A stretch of DNA of 58,846 bases, filler included, from Streblomastix strix (taxonomy: Eukaryota), in NCBI GenBank assembly GCA_008636045.1. It is 2 parts of 2 records of this genome, joined end to end, with 100 filler letters (N's around TTAATTAATTAA, not from the genome) between each part and the next. Parts side by side here need not be neighbours in the genome. Positions count along the whole stretch, not along the records: positions 29,493 to 58,846 come from SNRW01000102.1; 1 more part is not named here. One strand, written 5' to 3'. The translations under genes were made by a program, and so were the position numbers. The notes below the pieces were generated by a model that was not told the origin of the DNA, made no database searches, and saw only the letters and a list, made by a program, of their open reading frames with translations. This document shows positions 45,501 to 58,846 of the stretch, in pieces (within the stretch, counting starts at the first letter, position 1; every line of letters starts with the position of its first letter).

Positions 45501-46496
45501 TGAAAGATAAGGATCAAAAGCTTCCATTAGTCAATGTGGGCGCATTCCTTCTGGACCTGTAGCAGACGTAGTGAGAGATTTACTAATGTGATGCATGAAG
45601 ATGAAAAGATTTCTAGAAAAATGGGTTAATTTATTATTTAAAAGCCAAAAATTCAACACAATCAAAAGAAATTTTTACTCCCTAGCATTATTACAGGGAG
45701 GGTTAAATGTAGAAAGAATAACAATTGTGAAATTGATGTAAAAAGATGTAGAAATAATATTAACAGAAATTATCGCTTTCCACACAAGACAAAATAACTC
45801 AATGGCATCAGCAAAGTCGCATAAGCTTGTTTAACTACAATGCTATCCCTTATATATAAAGAAAACTTTGCATCTTCAACAACCTCAAAACTAATTAATA
45901 ATGCATTAACAAATGCAACTATCCCTCTCGGAAGATATTGGAATATTTGAAACATTCAAATATTATTTTACGATTGGAGATAATCAAAACAAAACAAATA
46001 CTTAAACAATTATGACATGCAAGTTAAGATTGTCTGTTTGCTGATGTCATTATATTTCTTCAAACTAAATGAAATAGCTGAAATAAGACTGAAATTCTCT
46101 AATGTTAATAAAACAGAGAAACAAGCATCACTAGGACAAGTACCCAAACAAGCAAACGCAATAGAGACATATGATATATACGAAACGGAAAATGAAAAAC
46201 TATGTCCAAAACTGGTAATTTATGAATGGATTGATAGGCTATAGAAACAATTTCCAAATAGCACATATTTTTTATTGTGGCATAAAGGTTTTAATAAACC
46301 TACAACTACAAAAGATATCAGTCTACAACTTACGAAACTACTAAGAGAATTGAAGATAGTAGGAGCATCAGCATACTCAATACGACACTCAGCAACAACA
46401 GAACTTGCAAAGCTAGGTATCCCTGAAAGAGATCTTGCTACCTTTACACATCACTCCTAGAACTCACGCACTGTCTATGAATATTTATTTTATTGA
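42580..46496 (+). mobile_element. Degenerate DIRS1-like tyrosine-recombinase retrotransposon, copy B
   Basis: Gag-like ORF from ~42652. RT: KWWNHTFLIKKPNGTWRKILDA, LDLKPAFHYI, YKAMPFGTKHSP, NYCDNIL. RNase H: SNAKEIKAI, HIPGKLNATTDSLSRL. MT-like: CIHPPIPLL...APIWPEQ. YR: LCPKL, YSIRHSATTELAK...THHS, ending at TGA 46494-46496. Multiple frameshifts and stops. Confidence 0.9.
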
Positions 46497-48224
46497 TTGT
46501 GGAAAATTTTTTACCTTCATAAATTGCCCAACTAAATGTCAAAGTTATAAAATTTAAGTTTTTCATATTTTGCAAACTATGATGTATATTTCATGTTTTG
46601 GTGATAAATTTCATAGACATTAAATTGAAAACTATCGAGAAAACTTTTTTTATTTTTATATCAAATTGAAAATTGAATGTAAAGAATTTTAATACTCATA
46701 TATAGTAATAATATTTAGCGACGTTGATATAAGAAAAATTAATAAAATAAATGAATGTAGAGCTATTTTTATTGAAGATTATACTGTTCTAAACAGTGAA
46801 AATTTTTATTAGGTTATAATTTTGCAGCATTAAGGTTATATTTTAAATAAATATAATATCTTATGCGAACATGATATTTAATTATAGAATATATTATTGA
46901 ACTTATTTATAGGAACTTGAATGATCTACACTCGAGATGCTAATTGAGAAAATTAAAAGATCAATCACCTCACATGTATACAATTAAGTTTCAAATAAAT
47001 ATAAAATACCTAGCAAAAATATTTTTATTTATTTACTTAATTAGTTATTTAACATAATTTAAATAGTACCATGCTAATATTCATCAAAATAAAAAAAAAT
47101 TGCATAACAGCTTATCTGAATTTTCAAATTTAATTATTTACAGATTTATTAAGTAATAAATTTAATTTGTTATTAATGCAAATAAAATTTATGGATTATA
47201 TATGATAGGTGCATTTCAAGAATTTTTTCTTATTTTCAGAGCTGTTTTTGTTTGAATAATATATTTCAAAAATTTAATAAAGTTTTCTTTTGTTTTATCA
47301 TATAACTGATAAGTATCTAGAAAATTGAATATTTTTAAACAATTAATTTTAGAGAAAAATTTTTTTCACTCATAAATTTTTATCTAGATCTACACATTCA
47401 TTATCACTTTGAAACAATAAATTTATCTAACCCCAAGGGGGGACCTCATTTTCTTTTACCAATTTATGATTTATATTACTCATTTATTATTTTGAGTTTT
47501 TCTCAATGTTCATTTTTTGACGTTTTTATGAAAGTGAAAAATTTTCCACAATTTATTGGGGTTTTTTTAAATCATATTCATTTATTTTCCCTTCGTGAGA
47601 AATTTTTTAAACTAATTTTTTACTCTCAATTTAGTTTTTTCTAATTTTTTACTAAGTTCATATATTTTTAACTTGGTTTTTTATTAACGTTAATCAATAT
47701 TTTTCCCTGAGGATTTTTGTTATTTAATTTTTTCCCACTCTGACTATTATATTATTTATTTCTTCTTATCTTGTCTCGTTTTGTCGAACTCTCTTTACCG
47801 GGACTCTGTTGTAATTTTTATTACTTTTTTAAAGTTGTTGTTTCTTTCTGAATTCTTTGTCACATCAAATAGACCACCCCATAGATCGGATGCCTGTTCG
47901 TGCATCGATCATATTGGAGCCACAATGATATCTCAATAAAAAGGTAAGATAAGGAGATACAGGGATAACAAACCATTTTGCTCAAGCAAGAATAAAATTT
48001 AATTGATTTTCTTCTCAACTGAGGATGTAATCGGCGACTAAATAGTTGTAATTTATAATGCATTAAGTATTGCATGCTCTCATATTAAATTAATAAGATA
48101 ACACGGCTCCTTGAAAGAAACTGAATTAATCAAATTCCATTTTAATCAATTTTTAATCTATTAAATTGAATTTATTTATTAAAAAATATATAGGATAATA
48201 AAATTACATTAGACTTACTAATAT

Positions 48225-51200
48225 TCAACGATTTGCACGTTCTGGGTGAAGCTTCCTGTATTCTGATCAGAATAAATAAGCAAATAATAAAAAAATATTT
48301 AATTAATATAATATTGGTTAAAAAATAATTTTTATACCTTCAATACGTTTCTTCAGTGCTTCATCAGGGAAGAACTTACCAGTCATAACTTCACGTGTGA
48401 CTGGAGATTATTTCTTTTTCTTCATCCATTCTACAATTGCTTCTCTCTCGTAATACACTCCATCTTCAGCAAGAACTGGATCAGTCATTAACTAAATATT
48501 AAAGAAGATTTGAATATGAAATAAATATTGAAGGAATAATTATGATAATTAAATAAAATGTAAAAAATGACCATTACATATAATTATTAAACTTTTATTA
48601 TTCTTTTCAATATTAACATACTTCCAATGTGATTGGGCATATAAATCCTTCTATAAATTCATTTTCAAATGTATTTGGAACATCCAAATCATGAAGAGAA
48701 GGATAATTATCAATTGTAAGTTCTTGATGAACATCAGAATCATTCTATATTGGACCAACACTATTATCAATTGGATCAATATTTGGATGATATTATTATT
48801 CTTATTATTAATGAAAAGAAGAAGGAATTGGAAGAACACCAAACTATTATGAGAACATAAGAGAAGGTGGTAATTAAGAAGGATGATCATTAGATGAAGA
48901 TTATTATTATATATGCATTTGTTATTGAGTATTATTATTATCTATATTATTATTATAAGCCCAATCTGTTCCTTCATCCAAAACATGTCTTCTTTCTCTT
49001 TCTCTTTCAATTTCTCTTTCTTTTTCTTCTCTCATTGTTCTCTCATATTAATTCATTTAATTATTTGTATTTAATGAATTGAAATTTAATGGAATTGAGA
49101 ATTACGAGGAAGATGAAGATTATGATGAAGAAGACTATTATTATATTTATTATTATCCTAATCCTTATTGCATATTTCCTCTTCTCTAAAATCTAATATC
49201 ATTCTGAATATATTAATCAATTGAATCATCTGATATTGATGATGATGGAGAAGGAGGTGAATTTGTTGGATAATCTGAAATTGGACTTAATTCAGAAACT
49301 GGTGAAATGTTGCTTATCTCAAAATCACTGCTGTCAATGTTTTGGTCATCTTTATCATTATTATCTTTATTTATTTATTTCTTAATAAGCAATTTTGATT
49401 TTCGTTTTTCCAATTTCTGTTGGTGTTTTTCAATCTTTTTTTACTGTTTTTCGTTTTTCTTTTGTTTCTTTTCTTCTCTTTTCTTTAGTTTTTCTTCATG
49501 TTTTCTTCTTTTTTCTTACATTTTATCTTCTTTTCTTTTCTTTTTTTCTCTACGCTTATATTCATGTTTTCCAAGTCTTCTTAATCTATCCATTATTCTT
49601 TTCTATATTTATTATTATTATTTTGTTTATTGAATATCTTTGATTTAATCATCTTATTGTGGAGCTGAAGCTACTCTCTAATAATTAGAAGGAAGAGGAG
49701 GATATTAAACAACAGGAAAAGATTGACTTTGATTAAGATCCTGAATTTGAGTATAAAATTATTCATTATTTCTAATTGTTGCATTCTAATCAATATTTTC
49801 AATTTCTTTATCAATTGTTTTTTCTTTCTATTTTTATCTTAATTTATCTTATTGTTATTATCTTTATAAATCTTATTTTCTATCTCTCAATATTTATTCT
49901 TCATTATCCAACTCATTCTCAAGTTCTTATATATTTTATTTTGCTTTCAACTTTTCTTTTTCTTTTTATTTCATTGGTTTGTTGAATTATTCTTTCATTC
50001 TTTGATTTTCTTTTTCTTACTCCAATTTCATTAATTAAATACTTGCTCTTAATTTCTATTTTTCAATTTCATTATCATACTTCATTCTTTCTACTTCTTC
50101 TTTCATCTTTTATTTCTCAATCTCATTTTATATCTTCAGTTCCTCCACATTATCTTTCACAATAGATTTAATCTGTTACGCTTAGTTATTAATACGACTC
50201 TTTTCTTGGTCCATTTTTTCTTGTTTTTCTTTGTTATTCCTCCATAAGTTGAATCCACCCATCAATGTTTATCCAATAACACTCACCAATTATCCTTTAG
50301 TTTATTCATCCTGAGTGAAAACATGGTCTATTGATATGAGTTTGAGAACATGTGGATTGCCTCGGCTATATATACTGAGTAAATAATATATAATATAATA
50401 TATATAAGGTGAAATTATTTATAAATATAATATTTAGCAGAAAATATTAAAGTATATAATAATTATAGATGCAATAATAATGTTCATATTTACATACCTA
50501 ACTGTCAATAATACCGTTGTATTATATTTCAATTTTTTTAATCTATTAAAAATCTATTTCTAAATCGGATCTTAAACTTTCTCAATCATTAGTACTACTT
50601 CTTCATTTGGAATAAAAAGATTATCATTAATTACATGAAATGGTATTTTCATAACATCTTAATCATAATTCATATTAATTATTTCTCCTTAAACAATTCC
50701 TTTAACTTGAATTACTCTGTTTCTGAAATAGTTGTTGAAGTAATAATCAGCTTATTTCTGAGCTTTTGATCCAAATAAAGAAAGAAAGTGTTCATATGTT
50801 ATTTCTAATTCAGGTCTTATATTAGGATCATATTTAACTAGTTCCATTTGATGATTGCGTATTTATCCTGTGAATTAAATAATGAAAAAAAAATATTAAA
50901 AGTTTTGTGAGTGAAATAAATAATATTTATTAAATTTTTTATAGAAAATAAAACATGTATTAATTCAAACCTATTGAAGTGAATTTTCCTCGAAATTTAA
51001 CTGGTTAATATAAAACGAATTTATCAGGTCCATATGAATATAAAACTTCCTTTTTCATATGTAGTGTAACTTCAGAATTTGTTGAATACGCATCAGATGG
51101 ATTTAAAAGTAACTTTACAGATGTTTTTTGAAGTTGTGTAATATAACCTTCAAGATCAATGGTTCTGTTTCGATAATTATCTTAGAAGTTCTTGTTTATA

Positions 51201-51313
51201 TTTAATTCAGAAAAGAAAGAGCAAAATTCGATGTACGAACCCCAGGAAAAGTCAACAGGTTATCGATATGGGAATTGATACTTAGGATATGGATTTGAAG
51301 AATTGTTTCCCAT
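48225..51313 (-). CDS. U-box E3 ubiquitin ligase-like protein with N-myristoylation-like start, two repeated N-terminal domains and a coiled coil; 5 exons
   Basis: MGNNSS start at 51313. C-terminal EGFICPITLE|LMTDPVLAEDGVYYEREAIVEWMKKKKQSPVTREVMTGKFFPDEALKKRIE is a canonical U-box. Stop TGA at 48227-48225. No internal TGA found. Confidence 0.88.
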
Positions 51314-52092
51314 CTGAATAATAATAAAATGATATAAAATTGAATAAAAAGAACAATATTGTTCAGATTAAAAAATATAATAATTAAAATAAATCAAGAA
51401 ATGTAGAATATCTTTCAATAATAATAAACTATATTATAATGAGGGAATATCTTTAATAATTATAAATTAAATATTGTATAATTTTATGTAAATTATATCT
51501 AACAATGGAATATATGCTAAAATAATTTATAAATAAAACAAATATGATTATATATACGAAGTTAAACGTTGTTTTGTGCAATCAATGAAATAATTAGCAG
51601 AATAATAAATATTTAAAAGAAATATAATGAAACTATAAAAATTTGATATAAATCATAAAACTAAACAATTTAAAAACATTTAAAAATATAATTTGTCCTG
51701 TGGATAAGGAGAAAAACGAGTTATAAAAATATTTTTTTAATCTCATCGAGGTAAAAAGTAATTCATAAACAAAATTATGAATATTTGCATATGTATTTTA
51801 TATGTTCCGAATACGACATTTGTTCATGCTTGTGATGTGTACAACCTTCAGTTTGCGGAGTTTTATCCGATTGTGGAGAAAGGCGAGAAATTGAGAGAGG
51901 ATAATTTGTTGTGAGTAAATTCATTCTGGGATTATGTAAATAAATTCGTATAATATTTTTATACAGCTGGAATAAAGTTTTATTCTCCGTGGAAGTTTAT
52001 TTAAATTAAATATAAATATTCGATGTTATTGAGTTATTTACCATTTATTATCATAATTAAATTGTGTGTAATAAAATAAATAATAAGGATTA

Positions 52093-52777
52093 TCACTCTT
52101 TTTTAGCATCCTTACTCTTATCTGTATTGGTTAAATCAGTTGTTCGTGTTTATTATGAACCTGTTTTTCCAAGAAGGAAGCTCTCAAGTTTATAAAGAGT
52201 TTATAAAGCTTCATAATCAGCGGTTCCAGGTTAAGCTTTTGGAAGTAGACTTTCATCAGGAACGTATTTAGCAGAGATTTATCTTGGATTGATTGTTTTG
52301 TTGTCGCTCTTCTAAACAAATGAATACTTGAATACAATACTGGCAGCAAATTATTTTGACTTCCCAGAATAGAAGGTTTGGTGAATATACATTGCTTTAT
52401 CATCAATCTCAATCAATCTTAGATGAATTTCGTATTTCTACCAGAGACGTATGGGCCTACGGTATCTAAGATAATTAACATAATGATATGAATAAGTTCA
52501 GAAATTTAATTGGTAGTGAAATAAACCTTGCTGTGGCTAATGTCATTAACGGATAAACTTTTTATTCGCTCAAAATCTTTCCTAGAATACTTTCGTACGT
52601 CCACGTCCATCTTGCAAATTCAGCAACACGAAAGTACGAAGCATTGTTAATGTGCATAAACATGTCGATGTCACTTAAACGTGCGCGAGAGAACCAACGA
52701 GTTTCAGTAATCAACTCATCCTTCTTACGAAAATATCCTTCGATGATGTTATACAGCGTACGAATGTAATATGTCAT
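52093..52777 (-). CDS. Hotdog-fold thioesterase (4HBT_2 / THEM6-like); 2 exons
   Basis: RARLSDIDMFMHINNASYFRVAEFARW and RYRRPIRLWQKYEI motifs. Intron about 52526-52466. Stop TGA at 52095-52093. Confidence 0.88.
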
Positions 52778-53394
52778 TATCTTATAATTGTAAAAATTAT
52801 ATTTAAAGTAAAATAAATACATTAATTGAATATTTTTGCAATTGGTTGGCACACAGTGTACAATTTAATTTTGAAAAAATGAAATAGATTCGTTTTAGTA
52901 GTGAGGAAAAAAAATCAAACTAATGTCTATTTAAAATCATTGAGAATTAATAATAATTAGAATGAAATTATGCGCAATTTATTTAGTGTACAGGTTGGCT
53001 TAGAAATTCACTTTTTTCGTTTTGTCATCAATAAGGTTATAATTTAATTATTTAAACTAAATAAATATTCAAATAGCTTCTTTAAAGCCTTTTTAAGGCT
53101 TTAAAATGTAATAGAAACATGTACTAAAAAAATCGATCTCTACACCAAAGCATGCTTTATAAACTTAAATCAATTCTAATTTATCAACGATAATATTAAT
53201 TTACTTCTTATTGCACCATTTTTACCATATTTAGTATTAAATCTGGCTCATACGATCTTGGCTTAAATTATTTATAAAAATTTGCGTTTTGCTGCTCATT
53301 TCCATTACTTTTTTATGAAATTTTATTACAATTATATATTAAATATTAACATTTATATTATTAAATTTAATTTTTTATATTTACAGCCGAGTGA

Positions 53395-53600
53395 ATGTCT
53401 AAACAAAGTGATTGTTTTCAGCATCTTGATCATCCAGAGATTGCAAGTAGGATATTACAATGGTAGAGTGAGAAGGAATAATTGAATATTAATTAAGAAT
53501 AATAATCGTCAAACATTTCAATACAAACATTACATACAACATAGGGACCTTCTATAGATTTATCTTCTTTATCTTCTTCTTCTGTAAATCAAACTTCTTC

Positions 53601-53633
<33 letters not shown>

Positions 53634-56600
53634 TTCTTCTTCTTCTTCTTCTTCTTCTTCTTCTATGGATTAAACTTCTTCTTCTTCTTTTATAGATTAA
53701 ACTTCTTCTTCTTCTTCTTCTATAGATTAAACTTCTTCATCATCTTCTTCTATAGATTAAACTTCTTCATCTTCTTTTATAGATTAAACTTCTTCATCTT
53801 CTTCTTCTATAGATTAAACTTCTTCAAATAATTAAATACTTCATTAAACAACATCATCATCTCCAACAGAAATTTAAGTTCAAACTCCTTAAACTGAATA
53901 ATAATCACAATAATTGCAGATACTCTCTTCTTCAATTGATTAATAATAAATTTCATTACATTCATAACCATAAAAAACAAATTCTGCATTAGCAACAGCA
54001 GCACCTGATAAATTAACTTAATATATACAATATAAATATTCATCTCAAAAAGATCATAATATTCCAAAACCAGATTTAATTGATCTTCTTCAAGCCTATT
54101 CAATTATTCAGGAATAATAATAATAATAACAATAATAATCGTAATCCAATCAAATTTCTGATCTCTAATAATCTTCATCTCCTATTAGTATAAATTCATA
54201 TTCAAATTTGTTATCTAATTAGAGTTCAGGATTTTATGCTTTATCTTCTTCATCGATATAGTCACCTTCTCATTCTTTAGTTAATAATAATAATAATTTA
54301 AGGAATAAATATTATATTAAACCATATTAAAACTCAAATAAAAGCTAAAAAGGCTAAAAACAATAGAAGAAAGTGAATAATAAGAAGTATTAAAATAAAG
54401 AAAAATATAAATGGACAAAATAGTTTGAAGTGAGAAACAAAGTTTAAGATGAAAATGATGAATAAATAAAATAATTAAATGCTAAAGATAAGGATGATTC
54501 TGATGATAATGAGAAAGGATAAAAGAAAGAATAAATAAATGAAATTAAATAAGATCAAAAAGAATAAGAAGAATAAAAAGAAGATTAAAGTCAATTATTT
54601 GGATAAAGAGAATCAATCATTTCATAATCCAATTCTGCTGATTTACCACCAGATATAAAAAACAGCATTTTCAGTTCATTCTCAGAAAGATAATAAATAA
54701 ATAATGATATTGATGATATCACACAAACTTTAATTGCATAAACAGTTAACATCTAAGAAAGAAGTAATGTTAATAACAAAGAAGATTAAGTCAAATGTCC
54801 ATTTTGCAGGAAGCTGTTTGATCAATTTGAAATTGATGATCATGTTAATAACAAACATAATATAGAAGAAAGTTAAATATTCACTTCACAACCATAACTT
54901 GAATTATAGAAATAATAAATAATAGATTTGAATATGAAAGAAATAAATGAAGAAGAAGATGATAACGAAACATTATAATAATCGGAATTGAAAGAAAAAA
55001 AGGGAAAATATGAATAAATAAAAGAAATTGAAAACTCAGATTAAAATGGTAATGAATAAAATGAAAGTGAATTGAAAGGAAATGAGAATCCAAAAAATAA
55101 GAAGAAGAAAATTAGTAAAAGAATCAAAAAAAGAAAAGAATAAAAAGAAAAGAAAATTTAAGAAGAAAAATAGAAATCGGAATAAATTAATCAGTAATAA
55201 GATTTAAAAGAATAAGAATAATTAGAAAAATAAAATAAATCTTCAAATATGATGTAAACTTAATCATCCACTCCTAAAATAGAAACTCTTGTGGGTAAAT
55301 TAGGTATAAGAACTAACATTTAAATATAAATAAACAATTTATTATATATTTTTATATTATAATTTTATATGCATTTATAAATTACTTATATATCCATATA
55401 CAGGCCGAGAGAAGTTCATAGAATTACTTTAGATTCAGAACCAGTTCAAAGAGAACAACTTGATCCTTCAGATGGATACAGCAGGTTTATTATCCAATAG
55501 GAAGGACATTCTACATAAGCAGATGGAGATATGCTTATAATACAATGAGATGTTCAGTGCTGGAGAATCAAGGAATGCACTCATGAAGAAGGCTGCTCTT
55601 AGTTATGGGATTGTAGACTCGCTGGTTAAGTGTTCAAATTCGCATGCTCCTTCTAAATATGCAGATATGTTCAGCATCCCTTTAGCATATCTGGCAAAGC
55701 ATTGCAAAGGTAACATTCAAGAGCAAATTATACAAGCGAACCCATTCCCGGCATTTGTTCGTTTGATTAGCTTCGTTAGATCTGATAAGACATTGGTAGA
55801 TAATGGAATCTCAGCCATAAGCTATCTCTTATACCATGAAAATATCATGGTTAATGAAACACACCCACAGTATGAAGTTCTGTCTGCATGTAATGGAATA
55901 ATCAAGATCTTTGAGCTCTTCAAAAGAAATACGAGTAAATAATCCAGAGATTGTTCTGCATTAAGTCTTGGGTATTTATATAGATCTAGAGAGATTGAAG
56001 ATTAAAGAATGAGACAAATGGTTATCACTCATTTGAAGTCATTAATTAGTGATCCTGATTTGGATATAAAGGAATATGCAATTGCTGCAATTAACTGTGT
56101 TTCTCGTAACCCAGGTATATTAATTAGTATAAATGTATAATTATTAAATTAATCATAAATTAAATGAAAATGAATATAAAATATAATATCATTTCTTATA
56201 ATTATTTAATTCTTTTTATCCTTTAATAGTTAATCTAGCTGAGATATTGAAAGGAGATGAACTTGCATAAGTTAAGAATGTTTTATTGACTGAACTTAAA
56301 GGAAATGAAAGACAAAAGAAAATGACATAAACAAATCAAGAAAATAAATGTCATTTTCTGATAGCAATGTTGCATAATAGAAAAGATGATAATTTGCACA
56401 ATCTCATAATTGACGTTGGGATATTCCATGTTCTTCTGTATGTCTTCGCTAATCGTGAATTAAATCTCATAACTCCACTATTATCAACAACATTCGATGA
56501 GATTGTGAATAATGTTGATGAGTAGATTTTATTGAAACTGCTCAACACGAATCCTTTCAAAGCACTTATTCGTTTGATTGTTCATCCAAATGAGTTAATC

Positions 56601-57129
56601 TGCAGAAATGCGATTGTTTCAATCTGCACCTTCCTTGAATTAGGATCAGGATCAAGTAATTCAGATCAACATCCTTATTTTGATCAGTTCTCATCCAGCA
56701 ATTGGATCTCTTAGATATTTAAGTGCTTCCACAGAAATTCCAGTGAAGAGCAGAAGAACTATTCTGCTATATGTATTGGTCTATTGTATAAGAATAGAGA
56801 GATTGTTGATACAATGATGAAGTAATAGATCATCTCACATTTGAAAAGTCTCTCATCTTGCGAATTGGAATGCAATAGCAAAGCAAAAAAAGCTCTGATT
56901 TATCTAGCTTTGAATGTTGGTATGATATTATTATACATTAATAATTATATTTTATTTGTTATTAATTTGTTATTGTTTGTTTTATACTTTGTATTGTTTT
57001 TTCCCCTATTTTTAATACATTTATAATTTAGACAACAGAAGAGAAATGAAACGAGATGGATTTAAGATCCCAGATTATGAAGATGAAACAGGTGATGATG
57101 GTGAAGAAGAAGATAATAAAGTTGATTGA
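53395..57129 (+). CDS. Ser/Gln-rich N-terminus, C2H2/UBZ-like zinc finger and two ARM/HEAT-like super-repeats; 4 exons
   Basis: VKCPFCRKLFDQFEIDDHVNNKH at about 54790-54858. Duplicated units ...HPQYE..GIIKIFELFKRN..SALSLGYLYRSREI..ITHLKSL and ...HPYFD..SQIFKCFHRN..SAICIGLLYKNREI..ISHLKSL. Introns near 55304, 56115 and 56920. Stop TGA 57127-57129. Confidence 0.8.
53575..53826 (+). repeat. Coding tandem repeat encoding (SIDQT-Sn) units and poly-Ser
   Basis: About six copies of atagattaaacttcttc with variable TCT/TCA runs. Confidence 0.85.
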
Positions 57130-57586
57130 GTAATTTTTTGTGTGATTTTTTTATCATTATTTTTTTCTTGTCCTTAATGTTGTATATGTGATATTATCTT
57201 GTTTTAGCCGTGTTATGATAATAAATGAGTAAATATGCTTTAAATTTAATAAAATGTTTACTATAATCTGTTGTTAATCAAAATTATTTCTCACATCTTA
57301 TTCAAATTCATCTAAACTCTATTATTTCACCATATTACTCCATAAATATCAATTTTGTAAAATTTATATTGTAATTGTTTAATGTAATCTATAAAATAAA
57401 ATAAAATTAATTGATTTCACTCTTCTATTATTTATTTGGCTAGGTTCGATGATATGTTTTCTGATGTTAGTACTCATGTGAAAACGACATGATAATGAAA
57501 GACTTAAATATAATAATTTCTAATTATTGTTCTGTTCAAATATGTTTTTTTCATTTGATTTCAATTATTTTGATGATTAAATTTAA

Positions 57587-58846
57587 TCACCATTGGACAG
57601 CTTTCTCATTTGCAACATGGACAGCTGTTGCTGCTGCAAGTTTCTTCAGAGAACGAATGATACAGGAGGATTCGCTATAATATAAACATGCCTAAGTTAA
57701 AAAAAAATAAGAAATGATTCAAAATTAATTTTACATAAATCATACAATGAATCGGACTTTCTCCTTGATTCCTGAAATATAAACTGGTTATTGAACTCCA
57801 TCCAAGAAGAATGCGAGTGTTCCTTTTTCGGAGTCATATTCTTATTTCAAAATCTAATTATCTCCAAAAGTTGAGTTTCCAGAAATTGTTTTTTCTTTAC
57901 AGTATACTTGTCCTATACCCCAAAGACTATAGGAATCAAACGTAAAATATATTAAAAGTAGAAAAAAAATATTTTTATAAACTTTCCAGTATATGCAGCC
58001 ATATTTTGAAAATCTGAGTAAAGAGTAAAAAATATATCAATATGAGAATTTCAATTAAGACAAAATATATACTAGGATTTGTATTAGGATTCGCACCAGC
58101 TGGTATGTTATATGAATCTTTAACAATCCCAATACCTATTTAATTTAATAAAAACATATTTTTTAAAAAAATCAAATAAAAAACTAATTATTAACCTCCA
58201 CATCCTCCTTATGTATTTTATAGCAATGCTTCCATTGACCAAACACCACTTTCAAGCACTTAAGTAAGTGAAATAGAATCAGCCTTAGTGCAGTTTCTTT
58301 TGAAAATTTTCTTCATTCCACCAGCTACATCAGAAATTTCAATATCTGTTGGATTTGGGTTGATAAGATTAATGACTGGAGTTTCTTTCAGCTTTTTTAA
58401 TTATTCTTCCTTTTCCTTTTTATCTTCTAATAATTTCTATATTTATTCTTCAACTTCTTTTACTCTTTGATCTTATTTTTCTTTTTTTTATTTCTCTTTT
58501 AAAACTTCATCCTTCAATTTTAAAATGTCTTCTTTCAATTTTTTATTTTCTTAATCTTTTCTTTTATTTTCTTCCTCCAATTAATGGATTTTTTCATCCT
58601 TCAATTATAAAATTTCATCTTTTAACTTCTAATTCTCTTCTTTCAATATTTTATTTTCTTCACTAATTTCTTTCTCTTTTTCTTCAATCAATTGAATTTC
58701 TTCATCAATCTTCTATACTCCAAACTTCTATTTCAATAATGCAAGTTAATATTTAATCTTTTCATTTTCTCTTTTCTTCTCAAAATTTTCTTCTTCAATT
58801 CTTCTTTTTTCAGTTTCTGCTTCTTTTCTCTTCTTTTCTTCTTCTT
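57587..58846 (-). CDS. 3' part of a coiled-coil protein with a C-terminal SPRY/B30.2-like domain; 5'-truncated
   Basis: A K/E-rich coil is followed by VLESGVWSME, IGIVKDSYNIPAG, GNSTFGDNQILKQEYDSEKGTLAFFLDGVQQPVYISGIKEKVRF. Four short introns. Ends EKAVQW-TGA at 57589-57587. Confidence 0.8.

Noticed and set aside
42835..45960. In-frame TGAs inside the DIRS ORFs as support for UGA recoding
   Set aside because: They co-occur with frameshifts and catalytic-site loss, and appear to replace different residues (Trp, Arg), as expected for neutral decay.

Overview
AT-rich eukaryotic DNA with GT-AG introns that reads TAA/TAG as Gln and uses TGA as stop (translation table 6), so the standard-code ORF track is mostly misleading. 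The code and gene families point to an oxymonad such as Streblomastix (inference). The window is two contigs (1-29392 and 29493-58846) joined by an artificial N44-TTAATTAATTAA-N44 linker. Contig 1: a telobox/TRF-like Myb gene, proteasome subunit RPN6, a polyQ-rich protein, a membrane-anchored catalytically dead papain/cathepsin-B-like protein and a ~4900-aa unknown protein. Contig 2: a pseudokinase-pseudokinase-midasin-type AAA+ fusion, two back-to-back degenerate DIRS-type tyrosine-recombinase retrotransposons, a U-box protein, a hotdog thioesterase, an ARM-like repeat protein and a coiled-coil/SPRY-like protein. The most unusual signal is four isolated in-frame TGA codons in three otherwise unbroken host genes, three in TGA-C context, suggesting UGA read-through in an organism whose only stop is UGA. 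Nonsense alleles or sequence errors are not excluded. All translations were done by hand.
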